From an uncultured Clostridium sp. (GTDB taxonomy: Bacteria; Bacillota; Clostridia; TANB77; CAG-508), in the NCBI GenBank assembly GCA_946498265.1, contig CAMMNR010000002.1, positions 1-33,703 on the forward strand: a stretch of DNA of 33,703 nucleotides, given 5' to 3'. This document shows positions 8,701 through 17,900 of this stretch, in pieces. The notes under the pieces were generated by a model. It saw only the letters and a program-made list of their open reading frames with translations, had not been told where the DNA came from and did no database searches. A program made the translations under genes and the position numbers. Position 1 is the stretch's first letter. Every line of letters starts with the position of its first letter.

Positions 8701-10489
8701 CAATAATTCTTTTATCATTTTCTGTTTTCATTTTGGCTGATTTTATTGTCAATTCTTCTTCATATAATAATTGAATAGATTTAAATTCTATATTTTCTAT
8801 TACATCTGGTAATTCTATTTGAATTACAGGGTTTTTATATAATTTTTGCGATTCTTCATTTGTTTTTATTGTTGCTCTTATTTCAATATTTTCGTTTTTT
8901 TCTAATGTTGTTAAAGAATTTGGCATAACTTCTATATTAGCTTGCTCTGTAGCTTCTTTTAAAGTTATTTGAGTTTGTTTAATTCCTGAAATTCCTTCTA
9001 ATGTTTCTACTAGTTGCGTAGCATTTTTTACTACTTCATTATTTGTTTGTTCTTGTATTTGTTTTGTTTGTTTAATAGATATTTTTCCTTGTTTTTCTAC
9101 TTGAACAAAATATAGTACGATTTCTCCTAAATCTTCTTGATAATTTATAACTATATTTCCTTGTTCATTTGCTTGTGTCTCTTTGTTTATCTCTGTAATA
9201 GTTTCTCCTGATGTTTTTAATATTTTTAATACTCCATTTTCTCCTAAGATATTATCTAGTTCTTGCTTATTTATCTGTGTCTTTATATATTTACTATTTA
9301 CATTAAATTGTTCATTTCCAACCTGATATTTTTCTTGTAATTCTTTTACTTGGTAAGAATTTTGTATTCCTACTTCATTTATATATATATTAGTTATTTT
9401 TTCAAATTGCTTTGTTTCCCCTGTTTCTATTTTTCCTTTATAAATTTCATTCGCAGAATTTTGTGTCTCATATGTAATAAATCCATTTTTTTCTTCTCCT
9501 ACAGCAATCTGAATTTCTTGTTGCAAACTTGATGTATTCTCATCATATAATTTGATTTCATTTTCTATTTGTAGATTTTCTTTTGTAATATCTATTGCTT
9601 CTTGATATTGAATAGTTATTAATAATTTATCTAATTTGTTTTGCCACTTTATTTTTCCTTCTGTTTCATTATTTGGAATTTGAATTACTAAATTTCCTTC
9701 TTGTTTATTAAATTCATAAATTTCACCTGCTATAGGTATATTTACCTCCATTCCTATAACAGTAATTTTTTCTGCTTTTTCATAATTAGGGATTTTTATT
9801 TCTAATTTATTATTTTTTATAGGATAATCATTTTCTTTTAATCCTGTGTTTACCATTACTTGTGCAATTGTTTTATTTGTACTATCTATTGAGTTTACTT
9901 GATTTGTTATGACTTCTCCTGATAAGACAATTTCTTTATTTTTACTAATTAATTTTGCTTGAACTGTTCTTGTTCCTTCTACATCAATGTCTTTTTCTGT
10001 GCTATCTTTATATGTTCCTTTTAAATTTATTTTACTTTCCATGTTTAAAAAAGATAATTCTATATTATCTGATTTATATGTTTTTATATTTAAAGGTATT
10101 TCTATTTTTTCTCCTGCATTTATTTGGTTAAGAAAAATAGTATTACCTTCTATTTTGTTAACTTTATCACTTAATATATCTTCTTTTAACTCAAAATTTT
10201 TGTTTTCAAACTCTAATTTACCATTGATATATCCTTCTTTTTTAACTTCTATCTCTACATACAATGTTTCATCTGTATTTACTGCTATTTCCTTATCTTT
10301 TGCTTTTTGTCCATTTTGATTTTTAAAATATATATCAAATTCTACATTACTACAATTAGTTGTTCCACTTTCTGACAAACTTTCAGAAACAGCTAATACT
10401 ATACTTCTGCCAATTAATGCAAAATCAGATAAAATCATAAATAAGATGATTAATAAAGTAACTGTTACTTTCAAAACTTTTGTTTTCAT
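5708..10489 (-). CDS. Giant surface protein A2 (~1593 aa): signal peptide, long Ig-like/DUF11 ('conserved repeat domain') array, SdrD-B-like domain, C-terminal SIRTG + TM helix + basic tail.
   Basis: ORF runs 5708-10504. Preferred start is ATG at 10489 (MKTKVLKV...), preceded by gggagag. DUF11-like repeats: GETIKYIVEFKNTGNLEAQNISAKVKIPENT, GDIFKYIVEIKNNGQADAYVQFLDNIPEQL, ALVTIEYHLTIKNTGEVPGYATNIVDDIPVGL. SdrD-B-like ISGTAWLDSDEDGEKDTNEE...GFYQFNEIKNGRYLVVVDY. Paralogous to 14930-19804. Confidence 0.88.
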   Translation of the reverse strand: MKTKVLKVTVTLLIILFMILSDFALIGRSIVLAVSESLSESGTTNCSNVEFDIYFKNQNGQKAKDKEIAVNTDETLYVEIEVKKEGYINGKLEFENKNFELKEDILSDKVNKIEGNTIFLNQINAGEKIEIPLNIKTYKSDNIELSFLNMESKINLKGTYKDSTEKDIDVEGTRTVQAKLISKNKEIVLSGEVITNQVNSIDSTNKTIAQVMVNTGLKENDYPIKNNKLEIKIPNYEKAEKITVIGMEVNIPIAGEIYEFNKQEGNLVIQIPNNETEGKIKWQNKLDKLLITIQYQEAIDITKENLQIENEIKLYDENTSSLQQEIQIAVGEEKNGFITYETQNSANEIYKGKIETGETKQFEKITNIYINEVGIQNSYQVKELQEKYQVGNEQFNVNSKYIKTQINKQELDNILGENGVLKILKTSGETITEINKETQANEQGNIVINYQEDLGEIVLYFVQVEKQGKISIKQTKQIQEQTNNEVVKNATQLVETLEGISGIKQTQITLKEATEQANIEVMPNSLTTLEKNENIEIRATIKTNEESQKLYKNPVIQIELPDVIENIEFKSIQLLYEEELTIKSAKMKTENDKRIIEIQMEGEQTNHKERDLQNAIISIIADITVKVEAGNQTLPVKMHVSNENRSLDVSTDIQICTLENVVTTNNIEEYQIKTSGKEKEEKAIIKDEMVGTQTKVELGLINNETTAVKNVNVLGRFPTLGKAKIGDQELENTLPVGINGSIALNGVDTNQVKIYYSEKEEVTTDVTNPENEWKEQIENPTEVKNYLIQMNGLEQEQQVIATYYMQMPDSLNASQISYEGYEVSYKVPTVMEPKTTTSTVVALETEPKAQIETNITALVGQDELKDGDKVKEGETIKYIVEFKNTGNLEAQNISAKVKIPENTVYVIPYEGEIGYEYTGDIYFEEKADTELTYDINTLAIGESVTKEYEVRVKQDTEGSTISNTVEFIYEDSSIKSNTISNTVEKGDLRLSVKQVSDREIEFIEGAYINYYVIVENMTSEPQENVTIRLNLPEGTQIHTLILKKFDGEEVIQYDYLDGNQETNIGTLEANEKKVLELTAEIVDIDDSAFKVTAVAKSDTQEWCRSNLYQSAVALVDMESTMTSTNTNEKVYAGDIFKYIVEIKNNGQADAYVQFLDNIPEQLNLLSITMNGEVVEQATTDESGLKTYLNNSIDRSFSLEQNATMIIEIEVEVQRFDLENYTEITNQATVSTSGYEETLGPITHIYAIEIGDDDDIGDPVEDTGTYAISGTAWLDSDEDGEKDTNEEIMKDINVMLLDANTGELVKDSQGQNIITKTDELGFYQFNEIKNGRYLVVVDYNTNKYKLTTYKAENVENTKTSKVISKEINVNGVQKVYGVTDTLIVDGEDTRYINIGFVELEIFNLQIHKTVNRITVKYQSGIQAYEFNNTTMAKVELEAKKLNNALVTIEYHLTIKNTGEVPGYATNIVDDIPVGLNFDSSLNTNWNLEDGRVSNASISNELIQPGQEKVLTLVLTKNMTEDSTGLISNTAKIEQSYNETGIPENAGTDDNQAMADVILSIRTGTVYTYILLIIVTLLIVAVGIYFIYKKVLKNK
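5804..5818 (-). other. Candidate sorting motif SIRTG of A2, followed by a TM helix and KKVLKNK.
   Basis: Reverse complement of acctgttctaatact = agt att aga aca ggt (S I R T G). The same 15-mer occurs in A1 at 15035-15049. Confidence 0.45.
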
Positions 10490-10727
10490 AGTTTTCTCTC
10501 CCATTTAAACATATTTTATTCTATTTATATAATAGCTTCATTTACTGTTTTAATCAATATATAGAGTTTTCCAGTTTTTAAAATATTACATTAAAAACTT
10601 TGTATTATCTTACGGAAACTTGTAGATTTATCATGATTTTTCTTATTTTACTTTTTGTTTACATTTTAGTAACATTTCCTTTATTTTCAAACTTTACCAT
10701 GTTTTTTTGTTGATATATTTAAGCTTT

Positions 10728-10756
10728 TATATACGGAAAAGTAAAATTGTATACAA
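10728..10756 (-). promoter_or_regulatory. Candidate sigma-A-type promoter for the A2-B2 operon (TTGTAT-17 nt-TATATA on the minus strand).
   Basis: Minus strand reads ttgtat acaattttacttttccg tatata. The -10 lies ~240 nt upstream of the A2 ATG, mirroring the better promoter upstream of A1. AT-rich background makes false positives likely. Confidence 0.3.
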
Positions 10757-10816
10757 TCGTCGGAGCGTAGCGACTTTTATACAATAGGAAATGACGACTT
10801 TCCTATTGTATAACTA

Positions 10817-10853
10817 AAAGAGATACTATATAAAATTTATATAATATCTCTTT
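10817..10853 (-). terminator. Hairpin immediately downstream of B1: 16-bp stem with 1 mismatch and a 5-nt loop. Probable intrinsic terminator of the A1-B1 operon.
   Basis: aaagagatactatata / tatataatatctcttt flank loop aaatt, 14 nt after the B1 stop (10867). The stem is AT-rich and the U-tract is short. Two more hairpins follow at 10777-10813 and 10758-10774. Confidence 0.45.
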
Positions 10854-10866
10854 ATTTTACATTTTG

Positions 10867-13800
10867 TTATTTATTTAAAGTCTTTTTCTTTATTACAATT
10901 ATTCCTACAGCTGTGATAATTAATGCTCCTACAATTACTCCTGTTATAATAATAAAGTTTCTATTTTCACCTGTTGGTGGAGTTACTGTTACTGATTGTG
11001 CCATATCACTATCAAATTCGTCAGTTTCTCCTGGTATATAATTACCTGGTGTTGATGATATAATGTCACTTCCTCCTGTTTTATCTATTTTTACTATTTC
11101 AGTATCATTATTAAAATCAATTTCATCTGTTACTGCTAATACTTTAGAAACTATTAAATTTACACTTGCACTTTGTGTAGGTTGTAGAGCTTGGTCTTTA
11201 AGTTTTTCTGTATATAATATTATACTTTCATTTATAGTTTCACTATTAATTACTTCTGCTCCTAATAATTGTAATTGTTCAGCTTCCTCTGGGGTTTTGA
11301 TTTCCCATCCACTTTCTTGATTTCTAGATTCTTCAAATTCCCAATCTTTATCTAAATAATCAATAATTGCTGTTGGTGTGATTGTTACAACGGGATCTTT
11401 ATTTATTCCGTATTTATAGTATTCTTCACTAATATAATCTAATTCACTAATATTTTTTGCAATAATTTTATATTCTACTTCTAATGTTGAACCTTGCATT
11501 AATTCTTTGTCTATTTGTACTTGTACAAATCCATTTGGTTTCTGTACATTCAGAGCACTTGGTGGTCCAGCTGTAACATATGTAGAAGTTTGTTTAATAA
11601 TGTTTCCTTCATCATCTAATTCAGCTTCTGCAAGTACTTGTCCATTTGCTAATGTCAATTTTAGTCTACTTACTCTTTTAATTAATTCTACTTCTTGTCT
11701 AGGTCTTTCTACAATACCAAAGTCTACATTTCTGATTTCATAGATAAGTTCATCACCAGTTGCGTCAGTTACTGCCATATCAGTATTTTCTACTGTTATT
11801 CCCATTGTTGGTGTTGTTGAGTCCATTGTTGTTATTGTTGGTGTTGTTGAATTTGTTATTACCTTTAATTCATTATCTATTAACTCTCTTTGTGAGTAAT
11901 CATCTATTGCATCTGTATATCTCTTATCTACATTTGATTTATGCCATGCTTTATCTTGTATATTTTTATCATATCTGTCTTTTGCATAAATTGTTCCTTT
12001 ATAATTTTGTACTGTGTATGTTTCGTCTCCCCATGTATATGTTAATGTATAATCACCTGGTATAAATTCTGCTACTAAGAAGTCTCCATTTTCATCTGTA
12101 GTTGCATTATATACCTTTCCTGTTCCTGTATTTTCTGTTAATGTAATTTGTACTCCTGGTATTCCAAGTTCTCCATCCTCATATTCTCCACTTCCTAGTC
12201 TTTCTTCTCCTGTTTTTAGTTCGGCTTCAGTTCCATCTAAGAATACTTTACCTGTTAATCTTCTTGCATCCGCAACTTCTAATCTTAATGCTGGAGCTCT
12301 ATCAGTATCATCTTCAAATGTCTTTGTATCTTCTGGGTTTGCATTTCCTGGGTTAGAATCTACATCTATACCAGCATATTGATTTCCTTCTTTGTCAAAT
12401 ACTGAATATGAATTTATTTCTACAACATTTTCTAATAGATTATCTTTTCCTGCTTCTGTTCCAAGTTCATCTATTATACTTGCAACTGCTTCTCTACTTA
12501 GTTCGAATTGTACATATATATCATTTTGTTTTTGTGCTTCTATATTAGAATTTGTTTCTATTATTATTTTATTATATTTTGAACTACTATATCCTACATC
12601 TTCAGTATAATTTAAATTTCCACTAAGATTTCCATTATTATCTATGCCAGTTCCTGCTCCTACTATAGTATATCTCTTATCATAATAATCTACTATTGAA
12701 TTTACTTGTGATACAAGATTTGTAGATTGATTCTTTAATGTTATTTTATATGTCAATTTTACTTTTAACTCTCTACTTGTATCTTCGTCTGTGTATGTAT
12801 AATCTGATTTATATATCGCTCTTGAATATGTCATATTTGAATATTTTTCTCCAAATTTAACACCTACATTAAATATGCTACTCTCATCATTTTTATCATT
12901 TTGAGCTTCTTTTGATTTTGTTCCATAATTATATGTATGACCATATCCATTTATAGAAAGACTTACATTATCAAGGTCTTTTACCAAAGCTAGGTCTGGT
13001 TGTTCTCTTTCATATAGTCCTAAGTTTATATATTTAATTTCTTCTTGTCCTACTACATAGTGCTCTAAAATACTATAACCTGTTTGTTCTGTATCTGCAA
13101 TAATTGGAAATTGTCCTTGCCCATTTTCTGCAAATTCTAATACTTCAGCATTTTCGTCTTTAAATTTTACATTTATGAATATTGACTTATATTCTTCTTC
13201 ATTTTTGTCATATTCTAAATCATATATTTTATTTCCATTTGAATCTTTTGTTATACCAGTATTTCCGCCTGTACCTTCGACAATACTAAAGTTATTATTA
13301 AATGTTCTTCTTTCATCTTCATTTTCTGCTGCTTTTGAACCATTATCTTTATCTATATATGGTACAACATTTGTAAATGTTAGTCCATCATATTCAAACT
13401 CAATATAGTAATTTCCTAATTCTTCTACTAATACATCTACAAATAAATATGATCCTCTATCTGCTGTAACTGTTTCCATTATTGTATTTCCAGATTTATC
13501 TTTTAATCTTACTGGTATTCCATTAAGTAGTTTGTCTTCATAATCAAATTCTCCATCATTATATAAATCATTTCTTATTGATTGTTTTTCTGATTGCTTA
13601 TCTAACCAAACATATCCTGAAAGTTTTATATATTTTTGAATATTTGATACATTTAAGTTTGAAGTTTTATCAACTACTACTGTTCCTTCTGTTGCTTCTG
13701 TTTTTAGTTCATATCCATAATTAGGATTTTTTGTTTCATATGCTAAATATTTTCCTACTAATAGATTTTTAACTGTAAATTCTCCATTTGCATTTGTTAT

Positions 13801-14907
13801 AAATTCTGTTGCTTGACTTCTACTATCTACATATGTAATTACTCCATTTGAATTTTGTTTTACATATTTTCCAGTATCTTTATTTTGTATAATAAAACCT
13901 ACTCCAGAAAGTGTTACATTATCTCCACCTTCTACTATTTTTATTACTTTAAGATGTCCTAATAAAGATATATCATATTCAAAATCTTCATGTATTTTTT
14001 CTGATGATGTATATGGTTCTCTTGCCATTAAATTTTGATAACTTGCTCCACTTATACTTTCTAAGAACCATATTTTTACTGATTTAACATCATAATTACA
14101 GCTTCCTGATATTCTTGTTATTTTACTTACACTTTTGTCTATTGGTATTAATACATAAAAGTTTTTATCTGATTTTATTTGTTTAACACTTACTGTTTTA
14201 AATGTTGAACCTGAATACATTCCATATGCTACTCCACTTATTGCTTTTTCATTTTGATCATATACAGTTATACCACTTAGACTTCCTGGGAATGACCATT
14301 TAAATGGTCCAACTCTTGTATATTGTTTTCCATTTACTTCTACTGCTGTTGCTTTTACTTGACTTTTATTTGTATTATCTTCTAATGTTGAAGTATTAAT
14401 ACTATTTGCATATGATTGCGCTTGTGCTATTAGACTATTTCCTAAAGATGAACCTGCATTTCCTGATACAAATGCTTGTGAAATTCCATGTCTTGTACCA
14501 ACACTTCTTACCCAAGTAGGTGCATATGTCCATATTGCATTTGCCACTGGCCCTTGGTCTTTGTCTATTCCTGCTCCTTCTGTTCCATTATTTTGTGAAA
14601 GTATATATGCAAAAGTTGCATTTATTTTACTATTATTTACTCTAGTATTATTAGCCGTATTTACTGAATTTAATCCTTTAATTGTTACAATTGAATTTAC
14701 TCTATATGTGACATCATACCCAGGTAATCTTTGCCCATGTTGAACACAGAATAAATTTGTATCTGTTATATAATCATAATATGATTTGCTTAATACATCT
14801 CCTACATTGTAACCACTATATGATGCTGCTTCTGTTGTATTTGCTATACATAGTATTGCAATAATTAATCCTAATATTAAAATGATTTTATTTTTTAATG
14901 TTTTCAT
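10867..14907 (-). CDS. Giant surface protein B1 (~1346 aa): signal peptide, Cys-containing thioester-domain-like N-terminal module, SpaA/Cna-B domain, SdrD-B-like and DUF11-like repeats, C-terminal TPPTG + TM helix + KKK tail.
   Basis: ORF runs 10867-14940. Preferred start is ATG at 14907 (MKTLKNKIILILGL...), preceded by aaaggaggt with a 9-nt spacer. Signal peptide ...ANTTEA|AS. Cna-B/SpaA-like LKVIKIVEGGDNVTLSGVGFIIQNKDTGKY...NGEFTVKNLLVGKYLAYETKNPNYGY. SdrD-B-like LSGYVWLDKQ...GIPVRLKDKSGN...DRGSYLF. Confidence 0.88.
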   Translation of the reverse strand: MKTLKNKIILILGLIIAILCIANTTEAASYSGYNVGDVLSKSYYDYITDTNLFCVQHGQRLPGYDVTYRVNSIVTIKGLNSVNTANNTRVNNSKINATFAYILSQNNGTEGAGIDKDQGPVANAIWTYAPTWVRSVGTRHGISQAFVSGNAGSSLGNSLIAQAQSYANSINTSTLEDNTNKSQVKATAVEVNGKQYTRVGPFKWSFPGSLSGITVYDQNEKAISGVAYGMYSGSTFKTVSVKQIKSDKNFYVLIPIDKSVSKITRISGSCNYDVKSVKIWFLESISGASYQNLMAREPYTSSEKIHEDFEYDISLLGHLKVIKIVEGGDNVTLSGVGFIIQNKDTGKYVKQNSNGVITYVDSRSQATEFITNANGEFTVKNLLVGKYLAYETKNPNYGYELKTEATEGTVVVDKTSNLNVSNIQKYIKLSGYVWLDKQSEKQSIRNDLYNDGEFDYEDKLLNGIPVRLKDKSGNTIMETVTADRGSYLFVDVLVEELGNYYIEFEYDGLTFTNVVPYIDKDNGSKAAENEDERRTFNNNFSIVEGTGGNTGITKDSNGNKIYDLEYDKNEEEYKSIFINVKFKDENAEVLEFAENGQGQFPIIADTEQTGYSILEHYVVGQEEIKYINLGLYEREQPDLALVKDLDNVSLSINGYGHTYNYGTKSKEAQNDKNDESSIFNVGVKFGEKYSNMTYSRAIYKSDYTYTDEDTSRELKVKLTYKITLKNQSTNLVSQVNSIVDYYDKRYTIVGAGTGIDNNGNLSGNLNYTEDVGYSSSKYNKIIIETNSNIEAQKQNDIYVQFELSREAVASIIDELGTEAGKDNLLENVVEINSYSVFDKEGNQYAGIDVDSNPGNANPEDTKTFEDDTDRAPALRLEVADARRLTGKVFLDGTEAELKTGEERLGSGEYEDGELGIPGVQITLTENTGTGKVYNATTDENGDFLVAEFIPGDYTLTYTWGDETYTVQNYKGTIYAKDRYDKNIQDKAWHKSNVDKRYTDAIDDYSQRELIDNELKVITNSTTPTITTMDSTTPTMGITVENTDMAVTDATGDELIYEIRNVDFGIVERPRQEVELIKRVSRLKLTLANGQVLAEAELDDEGNIIKQTSTYVTAGPPSALNVQKPNGFVQVQIDKELMQGSTLEVEYKIIAKNISELDYISEEYYKYGINKDPVVTITPTAIIDYLDKDWEFEESRNQESGWEIKTPEEAEQLQLLGAEVINSETINESIILYTEKLKDQALQPTQSASVNLIVSKVLAVTDEIDFNNDTEIVKIDKTGGSDIISSTPGNYIPGETDEFDSDMAQSVTVTPPTGENRNFIIITGVIVGALIITAVGIIVIKKKTLNK
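10969..10983 (-). other. Candidate sorting motif TPPTG of B1, followed by a TM helix and KKKTLNK.
   Basis: Reverse complement of acctgttggtggagt = act cca cca aca ggt (T P P T G). Confidence 0.5.
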
Positions 14908-14929
14908 AAAATTTTTACCTCCTTTCTTC

Positions 14930-17900
14930 CTATATTTCATCGATTTTTATATCATTCTTTTTTCTAACTAATACAATTGCTACTATTACTAAGATTGCAA
15001 CTACTATAATAGTTATTCCTACATATACAATTCCACCTGTTCTAATACTTAAGATAACATCTGCATAGTCCATATCATTTTCACCTTGCACTTTATTTGC
15101 TGGTGTTGAATTTATATCTCCTAATCCTAATTCATTATATGCTTCTGCTATTTCTGCTGTATTATTTACAAGTCCTGTATTATTTTCGTTCATTGCTTTT
15201 GTAAGTGTTAATGTTAATGTTTTTGTTTCTCCTGCTGCTATTTTATCATTTGCTATGCTTGTATTATATAATACTCCATTTTGTTGATACCAATCCTTGT
15301 TTAATTCTGAACTAAATTGAAGACTATTTGGCATATAGTCTGCAATTTTTCTTGCATAACCATCTATTTCTCCTACATTTGTAACATTGATTTTATATTC
15401 TATTATTACTGTTGTTCCTGCTAGTTGTTTTGCATCTATTTCAACTTTTGCTAGTTTTTCATTGTTAAATTCTTTTACTGTTGTTCCTGCTGAATTTTGT
15501 AATATGATTTTACTTACATATTTTTCTAATTTTAAATCAAATGTTTTTAGTTCTATTAAACCTATATTAATATCTGAAATATTATTATTGTCTATTGTTA
15601 TTATATCTGTACCTGTTACTTGTTCAGTATTTCCTGCTATATTCAATTCTGTTAACATTGCATCAGAGTTTTTACTCTCATCTGCACCCTCTACTTTGTA
15701 TTTAGTAACTGTATATTGTGTTGCATTATAATCAAATATCACAACATATTGTCCATTTGATATATTATTTAATACATACATTCCGTTATCATCAGTTGTC
15801 ACCTCTAGTACATTTCCTGATTCGTCTTTTACTAAATTATTAGTTTGTGTATTTAATAATCTTACTTTTACATTATTTAATGTAGATTCATTATTATCTA
15901 CAATACCATTAGTATTTTCATCATACCATGCTAGACCACTTATCATTCTTGTACCATCTGTTATATCTCCATTGTTATTACTATTATTATTATCATCTTC
16001 ATCTTGGTTATTATCTTCATTAGATGTTGTCTCTATTATATGGCTTATACTATCTGTTTCTGCAATTACTTCTCCGAACATGCTTGCTGATGCTTTATTC
16101 ACTATTGTTTCTGCTTCATTTCTTCCATCTGATTCATCTACTACAGTTTCGATTTTTACTTCACATTGACCTTTTTCCATAATACTTAATATAATTTCTA
16201 CATTATTGTCTTCTATTCCTTCTACAGCTTCTCCATCTACAGTTATGTTATTTATTGTTAGTTGTTCTGGTATTGTGTCTGTAAAACTAATTCCTTCTGC
16301 TCTACTATCTGAATTATTTTTAAGTATTATTGTATATTCTATTATGTCTCCTGCTTTAACATATGAACTTTCTGTATTAGATGTCATTGTCATTGATATA
16401 TCATAATTGTTTATATTGTCTTCCCATACATTAGATTTATATTCTTTAGAATTATCTTTAGCTACTACTGAAAATTCTGCTTTTTCATTTTCAGTTTTGC
16501 TTACTAACATACTATAACCTAAGACTTTTGTTTCTCCTGCATTTAAAGTTCCTACATTTACTTCATTTGCATATTGTAAGTCCTCTGCTGTCATATTGTT
16601 TCCTATAGAATCTTCTTTTTGTATTTCATTTTGTTGGCTTACAGGTTGATTATTATCTTCTACATTTATTTCTTCATTTAAAACTTGTTGTGATTCCATT
16701 CCTGTATATAATGTTAAGTTTTCTACTTGCAAATTATCTGATTTATTTGTTTGTATTTTAACATTTTCTTGTGCTTCATTTGATATATTTTCAATTATTG
16801 CATAATACTTAACTGCTCCATTTGCATATATATTTATATTTCTATCAGTAACTTTTTTTACACTTACTCTTAAATTTCCACTTTCTGTTGTGGTTTGTAT
16901 TTCATTAGATTCATTTATTGCTTCTCCATATTTTGTCTCTATCATATTTGTAAGTGTTGTATTTTCAGCTGTATCTGAATTTACTCTTACTTCATATTCT
17001 ACAATTGCTTTTTCTCCAACTGCTATTTTTTCTATAGTTTTTTCGAATTTTTCTGCCTCTATTTCTTTATAATATGATGAACCTGTGTATTCATAATTTG
17101 GCTCTGGTTCTACTAATGTTGTTCCTTGAGGTATTTGACCTGTTACTATAGCATTTTGTACTTCTTCTGAACCAGTATTAGAAATTTCTACATGATATTT
17201 TATAACTTCTCCATTTTTTACTTTCATATCTGAAGTTAAGTTTTGATTTCCAACTGTTGCACTTAACACTGTTTCTATTTTTGGTCCTACACCTGTATCC
17301 ATTTCTATATTTGTTGATTTTATTGTATTTGAAATATTTGTTACAGCATTTGTATAACTTACTTCATAACCTTCTGATGCTTTTTGATTATATTCAAGGT
17401 TTTCTGGTACTTCTATGTTATATGTACCTATAACACTTTGTCCAGATTCCAAATTATCATATTGTATTAAGTATTTTTTACTATTTTGTGTTGCATTTTG
17501 TGTCCATACATTTTCTGCATTTTGTAAGTCTTCTGTTGCATTCTCATTTTCTGAATAATAAATTGTTGCATTTTCCATATTTATTGTAGTTGCAAGTTTT
17601 GCTCCTAAATTATTTGATTCACTATCAGTAGGAAATGTTCCTAATACTTTCATATTACTTATTGGTTCTTGATTGTTATTTATTATCTCTAATTGCACTT
17701 CTAATCTTTTTGCATCTTGTCCTTTATCCATTGATATTGTTTGTTTTTCTTCTTGTCCTACTGTTTCTATTCCTAAGTCTTTTATACTATTTATTGCTGT
17801 TACATCTGTAGGTGCTACTATTTGGATATCTTTTGAAGTTGTTCCTACTTCTTCTCTATTTGTATATTCCATTGTTATTTGTTTTGTTGAAGTTGCTGAT

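Noticed and set aside
10609-10620. Recurrent TTACGG/CCGTAA-containing words in intergenic DNA: tcttacggaaa at 10609, its reverse complement at 29938-29948, tatacggaaa at 10731 and 28695, cttacggg at 27548, and ttacggc at 19918.
   Set aside because: The matches are only 7-11 nt and have inconsistent orientation and distance relative to genes. I could not compute a background expectation. They are kept only as part of the A1/A2 leader comparison.
11795-11850. Short tandem duplication (attgttggtgttgttga x2) encoding STTPTITTMDSTTPTMG in B1.
   Set aside because: It has only two imperfect units inside a Thr/Pro-rich linker, so it is ordinary linker low complexity rather than a distinct repeat feature.
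14908-14940. N-terminal extensions offered by the ORF track: MKYRKKGGKNF- for B1, MFFKGGIK- for A1, MGEKT- for A2, MLYFFKERRMLK- for MinC, MEVKN- for DUF4321, and MKGRIK- for the first CotF-like gene.
   Set aside because: In each case a downstream ATG is preceded at 5-9 nt by a strong GGAGG-like SD and starts a canonical signal peptide or protein N-terminus. The extensions contain the SD itself, so the shorter starts were preferred.
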